NCBI RefSeq assembly: GCF_004010195.1
Contig: NC_057711.1
Location: 73,303,894 to 73,367,893, forward strand
Origin: Chiloscyllium plagiosum
Lineage: Eukaryota
Direction of reading: 5' to 3'
Length of the DNA stretch: 64,000 nt
In this document: in pieces, positions 50,495 to 63,372 of the stretch
Layout: every line of letters begins with the position of its first letter
How positions within the stretch are numbered: the stretch's first letter is position 1
Position numbers and translations under genes: made by a program
Notes under the pieces: generated by a model
The model's input: only the letters and a program-made list of their open reading frames with translations
What the model was told of the DNA's origin: nothing
Databases searched by the model: none

Positions 50495-51270
50495 CAATCA
50501 TACAGTACAGAAGAGGCCCTTTGGCCTATCAGTCAGCACTGACAGAGACAAAATCTATCACCTAACTACAACAATCCCACTTTCCAGCTTTGGCTCATAG
50601 TCTTGAATGTTATGAGATTTCAACTACTCACCCATTTTAAAGATAGTGAAGTTTCCCTCCTCAACAACCCTCCAGGCAGTGCATTCCAGACCCCCACCAT
50701 CCTCTGGGTGTAAAGATCTTTCCTCAAATTCCCTTTGAACCTCCTGCCTTTCACCTTAAAATTATTCTCCATTTTTATTCACCCTGCCAACTAAGGAGAA
50801 CAGCTCCTCTGTCTATGCCCCTTATAGTTTTATACACCACTATCAGGTTCCCTCTCAGCTCCAAAAAAAGCAACCTGAACCTACCCAGCCTCTTGTCATA
50901 ATTAAAATACTCCATCCCAGACAACATCCTGGTGAATCTCCCCTACACCTTTCCAGTGCAATCACATCCTTCCTATTGAGTGGTGCTCAGAACTACGCAC
51001 TGCACTCCAGCTGCGGCCTAACCAAAATCTTGTACAGCTTCAAGATAAGCTCTCTGCTGTCTGCCACGACTGAGAAAGGCAAGCATTCCCTTTGTCTTCT
51101 ATCCTATCAAACTGTCTGATAACCCTCAGGGATCTGTGGACCAGCATCCCAAGATCCGTCTGTTCTTCTGAGCTTCCTTTTGTCCTGCCATTGAATACTC
51201 CCTTTTCTGGTTATTTCTTCCAAGCTGCATCAGCCACTGATCAGTCCATCTGATCAACCTGTCCGTATCT
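50495..51270 (-). mobile_element. Old CR1-clade LINE 3' fragment
   Basis: Minus-strand LYKILVRPQLEC...VQF-like remnant and LINE tail. Confidence 0.65.
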
Positions 51271-51289
51271 GCTTCAGATCATTTGAACT

Positions 51290-51490
51290 AGTGTAGACAG
51301 GCTGGAGGATTGAAGAACACAGCATACCAAACAGCATTAAGAAGTGGAGAAATAGTCGTTTCGGGTGTTACCATTCTTCAGAACCTGAAACATCAACTTC
51401 TCCATCTCGTGATGCTGAATGGCTTGCTGTGTTCTTCCAACCTCCTGCCTGTCTACTTTGGATTCCAGTATTTGCAATTTTTTTTGTCTC
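51290..51490. mobile_element. Old hairpin PLE pLTR remnant with degenerate HHR at the apex
   Basis: GTAGACAGGCTGGAGGATTGAAGAACACAGCA pairs with TGCTGTGTTCTTCCAACCTCCTGCCTGTCTAC. Minus-strand GUUCUGAAGA...CCCGAAACG at about 51355-51384. Confidence 0.6.
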
Positions 51491-52590
51491 TATCCAGATC
51501 TTTTGAACAGTAATCCAATTGGTCCCACACTCCTTCAATTTCTTCAAACCCTGCAATGATTTTTCTCCTTCAAATATTTATTCAGTTCCTTTTTGAAAGC
51601 TACAGTTGAATCTTTATCCAGTATACTATGGATATTATGTTCTAAATGCCAACCACTTGTTGCGTAGAAATGTTCTTTTCCTTAAGTCGCCTCTGGCTGT
51701 TTAACCAAACACTTACATCCTCTAGTTATTGTGCCTTCAGACTTAGAAACTGCTTTGCTTCATTCATGCTTTTTAATCCCTTCAAGTTCCTAATTTGAAG
51801 CATCCTTAGAGGATGGTCTTATTCTAGTTTGGTTTGCTATATTATGGTGTTTCAGGCTAATGCCACAAAGATATTGTATATGTTCAGAGAATCTAATGCA
51901 TCCAAGACCCCATAAATGTACCTTGTATTAACATCCATAGCTAATCAGTAGAGATCTTCTCATTGCTCCACTCGCTTCATATAGATTTTTAACTATGAGG
52001 TGGCATTTATCTAAATACCTGCAAAGCGCTCTCCCAATAAGGACATTAACAGTTAGAAAGTAAGTATTGAGGCAGGAAATAAGGTCCCAGCTAGGCAATG
52101 TCACATCCTGACGGCTGTAATGTAAATGTAGCCTAAATAATGCCCTTAAAATGCACATTTGCTTGCAATGTTCATGACAGCACCACAAAAAATGGCACTG
52201 TTTCTTGCCATGTAATTTGTTTGTATCTGCCATTGAAATCAGGCTGCATGTAGCAGTTTTAAGGGTTAAAAGGATTTGATTGAAACATTAAAAGGAAAGA
52301 ATCCATTCTTAGGTATCTGGTCTGCATCTAAGGTAAACACAGCCTTGTTGCGCAGCAAAAACTATGCTAGCTGTCTGGGGGAAAGAAAAATCAATGTTTG
52401 TTTCCAAAGTACAAGGTCAGTAAGCAGACTAAGCAACATAATTTATGTTAGAAATCAAAGTTCAGACACAATAATCAGATTACATCAGTAACCATAAAAG
52501 ATCTGAAAAAATTATTATTTACATCAGAGTCCAAAAAATATTTTATTTTCCTTTGCATTGCTGAAAATCGTTACATAAAATTTCTCGTAC

Positions 52591-52772
52591 CTGTGTGTGT
52601 TCAGCGTCCTAACCACTGTTGATAGTAACTGCCCGTCTTTAGCTGAAACTTGCATCACATATTGTGGCTGCCCATTCACGATATCAGAATCTTCCACTGT
52701 TTTTACTAAAGGTACTAAGCTAGTGCAGTCTGGAAGGACCTCAGTCAAGTGACTGCAATGGCTGGCTGTCAT
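52591..52772 (-). CDS. MARCHF3: MARCHF3 first coding exon (exon starts at 52825 with 53 nt of 5' UTR)
   Basis: GCCATG start. Translates MTASHCSHLTEVLPDCTSLVPLVKTVEDSDIVNGQPQYVMQVSAKDGQLLSTVVRTLNTH, typical of MARCH3. GT donor in phase 2. Exon lengths 182+205+210+159 = 756 nt = 251 aa plus stop. Confidence 0.95.
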
Positions 52773-54884
52773 GGCAACCGACAAATTATTCCGTCAGTTA
52801 GTGTGAACCACATTCATGCTTCCATCTAGAGAAAAGTGGAAAAATGAGATTCAGATAATTAAAATTTTGTAAGAAAATAATCAAACACTCTGAATCATAT
52901 GAATTAACTGAACAGTTAATAAGTTTAATTCTTCTCAATTTTTCTTTCGGGGTGGATGGATGGATGGAAGTAGGGAGGACTTGATAGGTGGATAAAGATA
53001 AAAATTTTGAGCTAATCACAATATGGGCTTTCCCGTTCATCATATCCAGTGTCAGCAACAAGTACTAACAAGCCTTTCAGTGAATGAAATAAATGCAGCA
53101 TAAACCCTCAACAAAATGCTTTAGTGCTAACCTCAGAAGGAGGCTATCAACACTACCAACTACAACAGCTGTCATCTCTTACAGCAGCCATCTTGTATTG
53201 TCAGTACTTAGTGCCATGTGGTAGACGATTGGACTTTCAACTTGCAACAACTAAAAGGCTATCTTGAGGTATACTAAAAGCAAAGAGGCAACAGTAACCA
53301 GTTACAAACCAATAATTAACCTGAATATTCAAGAACAACATTATAGTCAGTTACATAAGCTTCACATTTCACCTTGGGAAAGGTGTTCAAATCAGAGCGG
53401 ACAGAACAGGTTGATGACAAGAAGCACTTGCCCAATGGGGAACAGAGAAAGAGTAATATGAATTGTTAAAAGTTAATTAAGAAGAAAATGGATAGTGGTG
53501 TTCACAATTACAAAAATCTTTTGTTGAATTAGAGAAAGGAGAGCTATTTCCAACATCCAATATAACAATTTAAGAGGCATTTGGATGGATATATGAATAG
53601 GAAGAGCTTGGAGGGATATTGGCTGGGTGCTGGCAGGTGGGACTAGATTGGGTTGGGAAATCTAGTCGGCATGGACGGGTTGGATGCTGTACATCTCTAT
53701 GACTCTAATATTATTATTGGGCAAGTGCAGAAAACTAGCCAGACATGTCCAGTGTGCGCAAAATCTGGACAATTCTGACCCAGCCAATTACTACCCTACC
53801 AATCTACTCTCGATCAATGGCAAACTGATGAAAGGGGATCATCAACAGACCAATTAGAGATGCACAATAAACACTGGCCTAGCCATTGATGCCTGCATCC
53901 CATAAATTAATAAAAACGTACACAAAAAGATTACCAAGCCGCAAATATAAAGGACAGATTCATATAATTTCAGATCCTAGCAACCTTCTGCAAACAAGAG
54001 AAAATGGTTGAAATTGTATATATAGTTTTTAAATAAGCAGATAGATATTTTTAAAATATTTGAAGGCTAGGAGAAAGGGCAGAGTCCTTAACTGACACTT
54101 TCTGCAATGTTCACTTCAACCATTCTGAATTTAACAGGGCCAGAAATGGTGTGCAAAAGCCCCAAATGTGTGGGCAGACACAGAAACCACTGAAATGTCT
54201 AAGATGCAGATTTTAATACCTGGGAGTTAATATCACGTTCCAACCAAGATTCAGCTACATCCACTAATTGACCATGGGATGCAGGTGGCTACTGACACAG
54301 AGTGTCCTTCGAAATGGCCCCAGGTATTCAGGAACAAGGGATTACAAACGTCTGAAATGCCATTAAGTCTTGTGACAACAACTGGATGGCGAACAGATTA
54401 AAAAAGATGGAAAAAAAAATTGCTCCATTAGCTCAATGATATGTATGGATTCTCATGAAGAATCACTGGACTCAGAACATCAACCCTGTTCATCTCTCCA
54501 CAGATTTTTTCAACCCGCTGAATTTTTCCTGCTCTCTTTTTGTAAGCGATATATACAGGTCATTGTATGTAGTTCAGCTGCAGCTTACATGAAACAGACT
54601 ACATGAAATCAAAATCACAGTGAAAATTTTATACTGCTGAAAGGCAAAACTTTGGGAGTAAAGGAGAGGAATGCATAGAAAGGGTTAAGAAGGGTGAAGA
54701 AAACCACACTTTTTTTTTTAAATGTCTTGTTTTTGCAATTACGTGTATTTACAAACCAAAACAGCACCTTTTTTTTTACTAAACTATTTGTTAACAAATC
54801 TCTATTTTTAAGTAAAAATGATCCAGTAATTTCCAAGTGATGGTCCATCTACAGAAATGGACACATCAGACTAACTAGGTCATG

Positions 54885-55130
54885 GAGGTACAGCAGTTGG
54901 CATTACTGCCACGTAGTGTCAGGGACCGGAGTTTGATTCCAGCCTAGGGCGCTGTGTGGAGTTTGCATGTTCTTCTTGTGTCTCTCACAATCCAAAATTG
55001 TGCAGGTTATTGTAACAAAAAACAACCATGTGGGCTTGGGGGAAATGGGTTCTGGGCAGGATGCTCATAGGAGGGTTTCTGCAGACTTGATGGACCAAAT
55101 GGCCCTGTTCCGCACTGTAGGAATTCTATG
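54885..55130 (+). mobile_element. Degraded HE1/V-SINE-type SINE
   Basis: Diverged tRNA head, partial V-domain and tail. Confidence 0.65.
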
Positions 55131-55825
55131 ATAAACAGGTCCACAATATTTTAGCACTTAGAACAACTCATGTTGATAGAAAGCATGCAACATCTATAAT
55201 CCACAGCAGTAACCAATAAAAACAAATCATCTTTTTTTATTTGCTCATGGGTTCTGGGTGTCGCTGGCTCGGCCAGCATTTATTACTCATTTCCAATTAC
55301 CTTTTGTGAGTGACCTTCTTGAGTCACTACAGTCCATGTGGTGTAAGAATGCACAGTGCTATTAGGAAGTGATTCCAAGGTTTTCACCCCAGTCAAGATG
55401 GAATGTGGCTTGGAGGAAAGTTGCAGCTGGTGGCATTTCCACCAAGCAGGGAAATATTCAATCAAACTCCTTGCTTGTGCTTTGTAGATGTTTGACAGGC
55501 TTTGTGGAACCAGAAGCAGAGTAATTCATTCCAAAACTTCCAACTTGCCATTTGCTCTTGTAGCCACAGAATTTATAAGAGTGTATAATTTCAAACTGAA
55601 TTTATATTGTGTGTGTGTTAAAAGTAGGGATTATGCAATGAATTGGTAAGAGGAAAGTAAAACAGCAAGTATGTTGGCAAATTTCTGACTGCAAGAACAA
55701 TCGGGTAATAATAATTATTAACTTCAACTATCCTAATATTAATTGAGATATTAACAATGTGAAAGACACGGAAGTCCAAAATCATTGAAAAGCATTCAAA
55801 TGAACTTGCTCGGTCAGCACATAAT

Positions 55826-56480
55826 GCTGAAAATGTGTCGCTGGAAAAGCGGAGCAGGTCAGGCAGCATCCAAGGAGCAGGAGAATCGACGTTTCGGGCA
55901 TGAGCCCTTCTTCAGGAATGAGGCAAGTGTACCAAGCAGGCTGAGATAAAAGGTAGGGAGGAGGGACTTGGGGGAGGGGTGTTGGAAATACGATAGGTAA
56001 GGGATCCTTCCATATCCGCCACAAATTCACCTGCACCTCCACACATATCATTTACTGCATCCGCTGTGGCCTCCTCTATATTGGGGAGACAGGCCGCCTA
56101 CTTGCAGAACGTTTCAGAGAACATCTCTGGGACACCCGGACCAACCAACCCACCCACCCCGTGGCTCAACACTTCAACTCCCCCTCCCACTCCACCAAAG
56201 ACATGCAGGTCCTTGGACTCCTCCATCGCCAAACCATAGCAACACGACGGCTGGAGGAAGAGCACCTCATCTTCTGCCTAGGAACCCCCCAACCACAAGG
56301 GATGAACTCATTTCTCCAGTTTCCTCATTTCCCCTCCCCCCACCTTGTCTCAGTCCCAACCCTCGAACTCAGCACCACCTTCCTAACCTGCAATCTTCTT
56401 CCTGACCTCTCCGCCCCCACCCCCACTCCGGCCTATCACCCTCACCTTATCACCCTCACCTTATCCTCCTTCCACCTATA
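55826..56480. mobile_element. Penelope-like element with inverted pLTR plus GIY-YIG endonuclease fragment
   Basis: A minus-strand pLTR at 55826-55998 joins plus-strand HIIYCIRCGLLYIGETGRLLAERFREH...VAQHFNSPSH. An inverted terminal structure is typical of PLEs. Confidence 0.88.
55884..55919 (-). ncRNA. Minimal hammerhead ribozyme motif, intact
   Basis: RNA sense AUUC-CUGAAGA-A-GGGC(ucau)GCCC-GAAA-CGUC-GAUU. Confidence 0.72.
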
Positions 56481-56575
56481 CAGGGTAATGTGGTGAATTG
56501 GATACAAAATAAGCTCAGTGACAATGGTTCTCTTCCTCTTATTTTCTTTGTTTCTGTGTTATTGTTAAAGACATA

Positions 56576-56918
56576 ATGGTGGCTCAGTGGCTGGCACTGC
56601 TGCCTCACAGCGTCAGGGACCAGAATTCAATTCCAGCCTCAGGTAACTGTCTGTGTGGGGTTTGTATGTTCTCCCTGTGTCTGCGTGAGTTTCCTCTGCG
56701 TGCTCTGGTTTCCTCCCACAGTCCAAAGATGTACAGGTTAGGTGAACTGGCCATGCTAAATTGTCCATAGTGTTCAGGGATATGTAGTCTAAGTGCATTA
56801 ATCAAAGGTAATGTAGAGTAATAAGGTAAGGGAATCGGTCTGGGTGGGATACTCTTCAGAGGGTCAATGTGGACTTGTTGTGCCAAATGGCCTGTTTCCA
56901 CATTGTAGGGATTCTATG
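56576..56918 (+). mobile_element. HE1/V-SINE-type SINE
   Basis: A box, B box, V-domain and tail. Confidence 0.82.
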
Positions 56919-57444
56919 AAGCCAATCAACATTTAGACTTGAAAGAAGAAAAACCTAATATTGATGCATTGCAGCTAATATTTAGAGTGAAACAAAAAAA
57001 AGTCTAGCTAAAACAGATTTTTTTTTAAAAAAGGGGAAAACAGGAAGAGAAACAAAGAGAAAAAAAGACTAAACCAAATGGAGACTGAGTGAAAAGGTTT
57101 GAATTAACAAGAAATGAGAAAGGTAAAGGAAAATAGAAATATGAAAGCTTGAATGAGAGAGAGTGAGGTCAGACATGACTTTGCTAGAGCAAAGCTGAGA
57201 GTAAAGGAAGACAGACAAGGTAGTCATTCAGAGGAGGATTCAGATACCACTGAGGAATTTGATTTAACAAAACAAAATCTTTGTTCAGTGTCTAAATTTA
57301 GAGATGATGGAATGAACGGTATTTCATCTTATTTGATATGCTAACTATGAAGTTTAAAGAAGCCTGGATCTTAATGTTAGTGTTTTTTGATAGTTTGCAG
57401 ACAATAAAGTGATTAAAAAAGAGCAATATTCAAGGCTGGAGCTT

Positions 57445-57935
57445 TTTAAGAGTCATAGAGATGTACAGCACAGAAAACACACCTTTTGGTCCAACTCGTC
57501 CATGCTGACCAGATATCCTAACTGGATCTAGTCCCATTTGCCAGCATTTGGCCCATATCCTTCTAACCCCTTCCTATTCATATATCCATCCAGATGCCTT
57601 TTAAACATAATTGCACCTTCCTCTGGGAGCTCATTCCACACACATACACCACCCTCAGCACGGAAAAGTTGCCCCTCAGGTCCCTTTTAAATCTTTCCCC
57701 TCTCACCTTAAACCCATGTCCTCCAGTTTTAGACTCCCCTACCCTGGGAAATATAGACCTTGACTATTCACCTTATTCATGCCCTTCATGATCTTATAAA
57801 CCTCTAAGAAGGTTTACCCCCTCCCCAATATATTCAGCCTCTCCCTACAGCTCCAACCCTCTAGTCCCAGCAACTTGGTTGTAAATCTTTTCTGCACCCT
57901 TTCAAGTTTAACAATATCTTTCCATAGCAGGAAGA
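57445..57935 (-). mobile_element. CR1-clade LINE 3' fragment
   Basis: KDIVKLERVQKRFT remnant and the family tail. Confidence 0.82.
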
Positions 57936-57999
57936 CAAGGAAATGTATTATCTTAATAATAATGTTCCTTCCTCCCACTACTTCAAGTATTTTCCTCAG

Positions 58000-60900
58000 G
58001 GCTGCTGCCATCTCCTGCCTGGCAAGATACTAATGGGAGCACATTTCAATTATTCTGATGAAGTGCAGAGTCCAATTTCTATTGAAGGGCATAGACTAAT
58101 TCCTACCTCTGAGTTTCCATTGAAATGTTAATAGCTCCTCTATCCAATGCTCTGAGCCGTGCATTGTTCTTGAAAATTATGGAAAATATGCCCCAGTCTT
58201 TGAAAGGTTGGATGGCTTTTTTTGTTAATAGTCTGAATGTAAAAGACATTAAGCTCTTGAATCATTCCAACTAAAACTTGGAACTACAAGAAGAAATCTT
58301 AATCAATCATTTGTAGAATTTGCAAGAAAGAATTGCTTTGGGATCAATTACTGAAGTTGGAGGAAAAAAAACACTGAGAATGTGAGAGAAATCATCAAGA
58401 ATGACGAATCCTAAAATAATATTCTGGAAATGTTCAAGACTTATTTATATGAGCATGAAGTATCACAGATTGCAGAAAAGGCAATTCTGTAGATACCTAT
58501 GGTACCTCATGCATACAGTTACATGCTGGAAAATGGTCAAAAGAATTAACAAGGAAATTGGACATAACTGAAGTTCTTCAGAAGAATCATACTGGACTTG
58601 AAGCATTAACTCTGTTTCTCTCACCACAGAAGGTATCGGAGCGGTTAAGTTTCCCTAGCTGTTTCTGTTTCTGTTCCATCATATGCAGTATTTTGCTTTT
58701 ATTAAGAAAATGGAGGAATAATAAATCTGGCAATAGAAAAGGGATTAGATTTTGGGAACAAAAGGAGGATGCGAACATTATTAAGGAGAAAGACAAGAAG
58801 CAAAAATGTGTAAATAATATGCTTTTGCTGGAATAAGACCGGCCATATTAGAACGGCTGGACATGAAATGGGGAAACTATTAAAATTGTAGGAATGCCTA
58901 AATAATCTTTAGAAAAGTTGTATCAGGATATGTTAGTGTTTTTTGATAGGGATAGATGGGAGGGATAGATGGCTCGGTTTTGTCAAGAGAATGTGTCTTT
59001 GACTATAGTGAGAGATAGTCAGGCTGCTGGAGGTCCAGTATATGTCAAAAGGAGAAGTTATCCCTTACTTCTCAACAAAATAAGTCAACTGATTATGGAA
59101 ATTTTTAAAGATTGTGTATATAAAGGAGATATAGTATCTTACTCTTCTCATCAAAGGGACAAACCAATAAAGATATTAAGATACACTAAGGCAAATCAGT
59201 CACTAATACTGTCTAAAGAAATAATTTGTCTACCAGAGGAGATAATAAGGAAGGAAAAAAAAAATGAAAGTATACACAGAGTTTACAAAGTTGTTCTAAT
59301 ATATTACATTGGATTAAAGAGTAGCTTACCAAGTGGAGAATTTACAATTAGAGTAGTACAGCAAATCCCTGTCAAAGAAATTGATTTTATCTTGAGGAAT
59401 GATAAAATATTAGGCTTAATGAGTGTGATGGAACAACCCGTGAAAATAAAAGAAACAGAATTGCTAGAGGAGGAGTATCCTGCATTGCCTCCTGATTGTC
59501 TTGTGACTAGATCTCAGGCTCAAAATTAGACCGGAACAGGAAGAATCTTATAGAAAATGGAGAGGATGTGGAAATGTGGTTACCTAACACTATGTTTGAA
59601 GACCTGAGTTAAAAGCATGTAAATAAAAGAGAATCCATGTTTATTCTTTAATTGAAATTCAATAGAAATATATTCTTTAATAGAAATTCAAAAGACGGAT
59701 CCTGAGTTGACAGAGCTGTGTCAAAACTGAAAGTGAACAAGAACCAATAAGTGAGTGCATTATTTAAAAGGCAAAGTGCTAATGAGAAAATGGACACTTT
59801 GCTGATATCTGCCAACAGGAATAAGCGGTAGTTCATTGACAGGAGACTCAGGTTGTAGGAAAACACAAGCTGAATCATTTTTATTGGCTTGGATTGCATA
59901 AACACATGGTTAAATGTTTCCTGACATGACAGTGCTAGGGTGGTAGGGAAAACTCAACAGTCAATGAAACCTGCACCCTCATTCTGTTACCAGCATTTGA
60001 AGAACTATTTAAGGTGGGAACCTTTTGAAGAATTACATATGTTTGAACAAGATTTCCTAAGTGGGTGCCTTTGGTGAAAATTTCAGCAAGATGTACAATG
60101 GAAATATTAGAAAAAATATTTATTTATTTGTTCTTAGATTCAGGATATAGATTACCCTGAAAAATATGTCAACTGAAATCAGATTGTACATCAGAAATAG
60201 TCAAAGAAATAGGGCACAGTTTGGGAATCAAACTATGTGTCTTCAGCTGATCATCGATAATTGCAAGGAGCAATGTAAAGATGGCATTAAACTTTAAAGA
60301 CCATGATTAAAGCCAACTGTTTTGAATATCTTATGGACTGGAAAAAAGGAATTCTCTCATTACTGTTTTCCACAGGCGCTAGAACTCACCTATTGTAATT
60401 ATATTGAAACCAGATGGGTCACAGTAATTAAGCATGGATTACTGACAAGCCCATGCAGTAACAAAGATGGAATCAGATCCAAACCACGACTAGATGACTG
60501 TATTGACAGGACTGAAAAGCAAGGTTTGTGCCAAAAACTGATTTGTTAAAGCAATATTGGAAAGTTCCATTGATAGATGCAGCTAAAGAAGCATCAGCAT
60601 TCGTAATTCTGGATAGATTTTACCAATGTTAGCTCATGTGTTCAGAAAGAAAAATGCAGCAGCAACTTTCTTTGTGCATGGGAAATCATGTCTCACAAAC
60701 TTGATTAAGTTTTTTGAACAAATAACAAAGAGGATTGATGAAGGCAGAACAGTGGACGTAATCTATATGGACTTCAGTAAGGCATTCGACAAGGTTCCCC
60801 GTGGGAGACTGATTAGCAAGATTAGATCTCATGGAATACAGGAAGAACTAGCCATTTGGATACAGAACTGACTTAAAGGGAGAAGAGAGAGGGTGGTGGT

Positions 60901-62200
60901 GGAGGGTTGTTTTTCAGACTGGGGGCCTGTGACCAATGGAGTACCACAAGGATCAGGGCTGGCTCCACTACTTTTCATCATTTATATAAATTATTTGGAT
61001 GAGAGTAAAGAGGTATAGTTAGTTAAGTTTGCAGATGACACCAAAATTGGAGGTGTAGTGGACAGCGAAGAAGGTCACCTTAGATTACAATGGGATCTTG
61101 ATCAGATGGGCCAGTGGGTTGAGAAGTGGCAGATGAAGTTTAATTTAGATAAATGTGAGGTACTGCATTTTGGGAAAGCAAATCTTAGCAAGACTTATAC
61201 GCTTAATGGCAAGATCCTCAGGAGTGTTGCTGAACAGAGAGACCTTGGAGTGCAGGTTCATAGCTCCATGAAAGTGGAGTCGCAGGTAGATTGGTCAAAG
61301 TATTGACTACAGGAGTTGGGAGGTCATGTTGCGGCTGTACAGGAGATGGGTTAGGCCGCTGTTGGAATATTGGTCGGAAAGATGTTGTGAAACTTGAAAG
61401 GGCTCAGAAAGGATTTACAAGGATGTTGCCAGGGTTGGAGGATTTGAGCTGTAGGGAGGGTTTGAATAGGGTAGGGCTGTTTTCCCTGGAGTGTCGGAGG
61501 CTAAGGGGTGACCTTATAGAGGTTTACAAAATCATGAGGGGCATGGATAGGATAAATAGACAAAATCTTTTCCCTGGGGTGGGGGAGTCCAAAACTAGAG
61601 GGCACAGGTTTAGGGTGAGGGGTGAAATATATAAAAGAGACCTAAGGGGCAATGTTTTCATGCAGAGGATATTACATGTATGGAATGAGCTGCCAGAGGA
61701 AGCAGTAGAGGCTGGTACAATTACAACACTTAAGAGGCATTTGGATGGGTACATGAATAGGAGGGATTTGGAGGGATATGGGCCAGGTGCTAGCAGGTGG
61801 GACTAGATAGGGTTGGGATATCTGGTTGGCATGGGTGTGTTGGACCGAAGGGTCTGTTTCTGTGCTGTACATCTCTATGACTCTATGGTCATCAAAAGAG
61901 TATGCAACTGTGCTGTATATATTGTTGATTTGGTTGTGCTCAGCCAAACAAGAGAAGAATATTTAAACATAAATAGTCATAAAATTGACAAAAAGTAAAT
62001 TTGCCAAAGTAAATGTAACTTTTTGGGGCACACTGTCGGGCAAGGAAAAGTAGCCCCCAGAAAAGTAAAGTAAGAACTGTGATGGATTTCCAGTGCCAAA
62101 GACAAAAGGAGAGATTGTGGCACACAGACATGGCATTCTGCAGGCACCCAATTCATGGATTCTGCCAGAATGTGCCTTGGGGTCCTTGCTTGTTGCCTTA
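58000..62200 (+). mobile_element. Decayed Gmr1-like Ty3/Gypsy LTR retrotransposon (protease-integrase-RT order)
   Basis: Protease-like PIKILRYTKANQSLIL and CLVTRSQ in ORF 58969-59529. Integrase remnants VVGKTQQSMKPAP...PAFEELF (about 59940-60010) and LQGAM*RWH*TLKTMIKANC (about 60260-60320). RT remnants PRLDDCIDR and KNAAATF (about 60484-60670), then CAVYIVDLVV and TFWGHTVGQGKVAP after a LINE insertion. Outer boundaries are uncertain. Confidence 0.75.
60671..61887 (+). mobile_element. CR1-clade (HER1-like) LINE RT and 3' end, nested in the Gypsy RT
   Basis: GKSCLTNL, YMDFSKAFDKVP, GVPQGS, KFADDTK and RGDLIEVYKIM motifs, with a (CTATGACT)-type tail. Confidence 0.92.
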
Positions 62201-63372
62201 ATGCTTATTTATTTTGCACTTGCCTGAAAGTTCAAAGCCACTCTCCTTGCCTTGCCTTTTTGCAATTTGTCCCCCTAGTCAGAGCTTAATGGGGGCTCAG
62301 AGTACTCCCGTTTTGCCTTGCTGTTTAACACAGGTAGAAAGTCAGACAGCTTGTCATAGTTGTCAGCAGTCATCAGTCAAGGGGATGGAGGTGTTGCTGC
62401 ACTGCACTGTGCTATGCCAATCTCATGCCCACCAGCATATGCCAGCAGCATAAATAACACACACATTGCTACAAGACCATTTGTTTGATGCATGTGCAAA
62501 GTCTAATGGAAGCAGTCTTCAGGTCAAGCCACGGGAGATGGCCTTCAGTCAGGAGGTTCCAACACAGTAAGTCATGGGAATCATTTGATAACTGATCAGG
62601 GACTTGCACATTGTTAATTAGGGTGTCCAGTGCCAAGGGTTCCATATCATTTCAATCCAGAAGTGGACCAGGGTCAATCATACAGGTCCAGTGCAGCCAA
62701 CCTAGGCATTCAGGTTATGAGTGTTAGGGAGCTGTGAAAAGATCAGTCAACTGGGGTTCTCTGTCCAAGTCAATGAGGAGGATGGGGTTCAACTCAATGA
62801 AAGTCAAAGGGATTACCAGAGCCGTTGCTGTGGTAGGAAAATTGGGGGAATAAATTTGGGGACTGGAGGCAGTGTACTGGGATTTAGAGGGGACACCAAT
62901 GGTGATGGGGTGGGGTGGGGGCAACCCAGTTTAAGATGACAAGGGTAGATGACAGTGCATGAAGGGGTACGGTGAGGGGGTCAGAGGAACACAACCACTT
63001 TGATGGTTGATTTGTTACCTTTTGATTTTTTAAAATATCATCTCTGAAGAGTGGTGTTGTCTTTTATTTTGTGCGAATGTGTTTGTTTTGGATAAAAAGG
63101 AGGTATAGTTCTAACTCCAGATTGTAACTTAGTTGTCAACCAGTTTCACTACTAGTTTTTTAGAAACAAGGTTGGTTTTATAATAAACTGTATAATTTGA
63201 GATCATGAAAGAAACCTGGTGAAAGTCTATTATTCTGGATGGCACAACCAATTAGCCATTTTGGCAACTGAGTCAAAAGATTCATTCTGACTTAGAAGTG
63301 ATTAGCACCGCATGCCTCCTACTCCAGTCATAACAGTAAGGATATTTCTAGGATAAAAAGAATAGCATGAAC

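Noticed and set aside
58969..59529. 186-aa ORF as an intact retroviral-type protease gene
   Set aside because: The catalytic DTG-equivalent reads YTK and the flanking gag/pol sequence is full of stops. It is treated as a Gypsy fossil.
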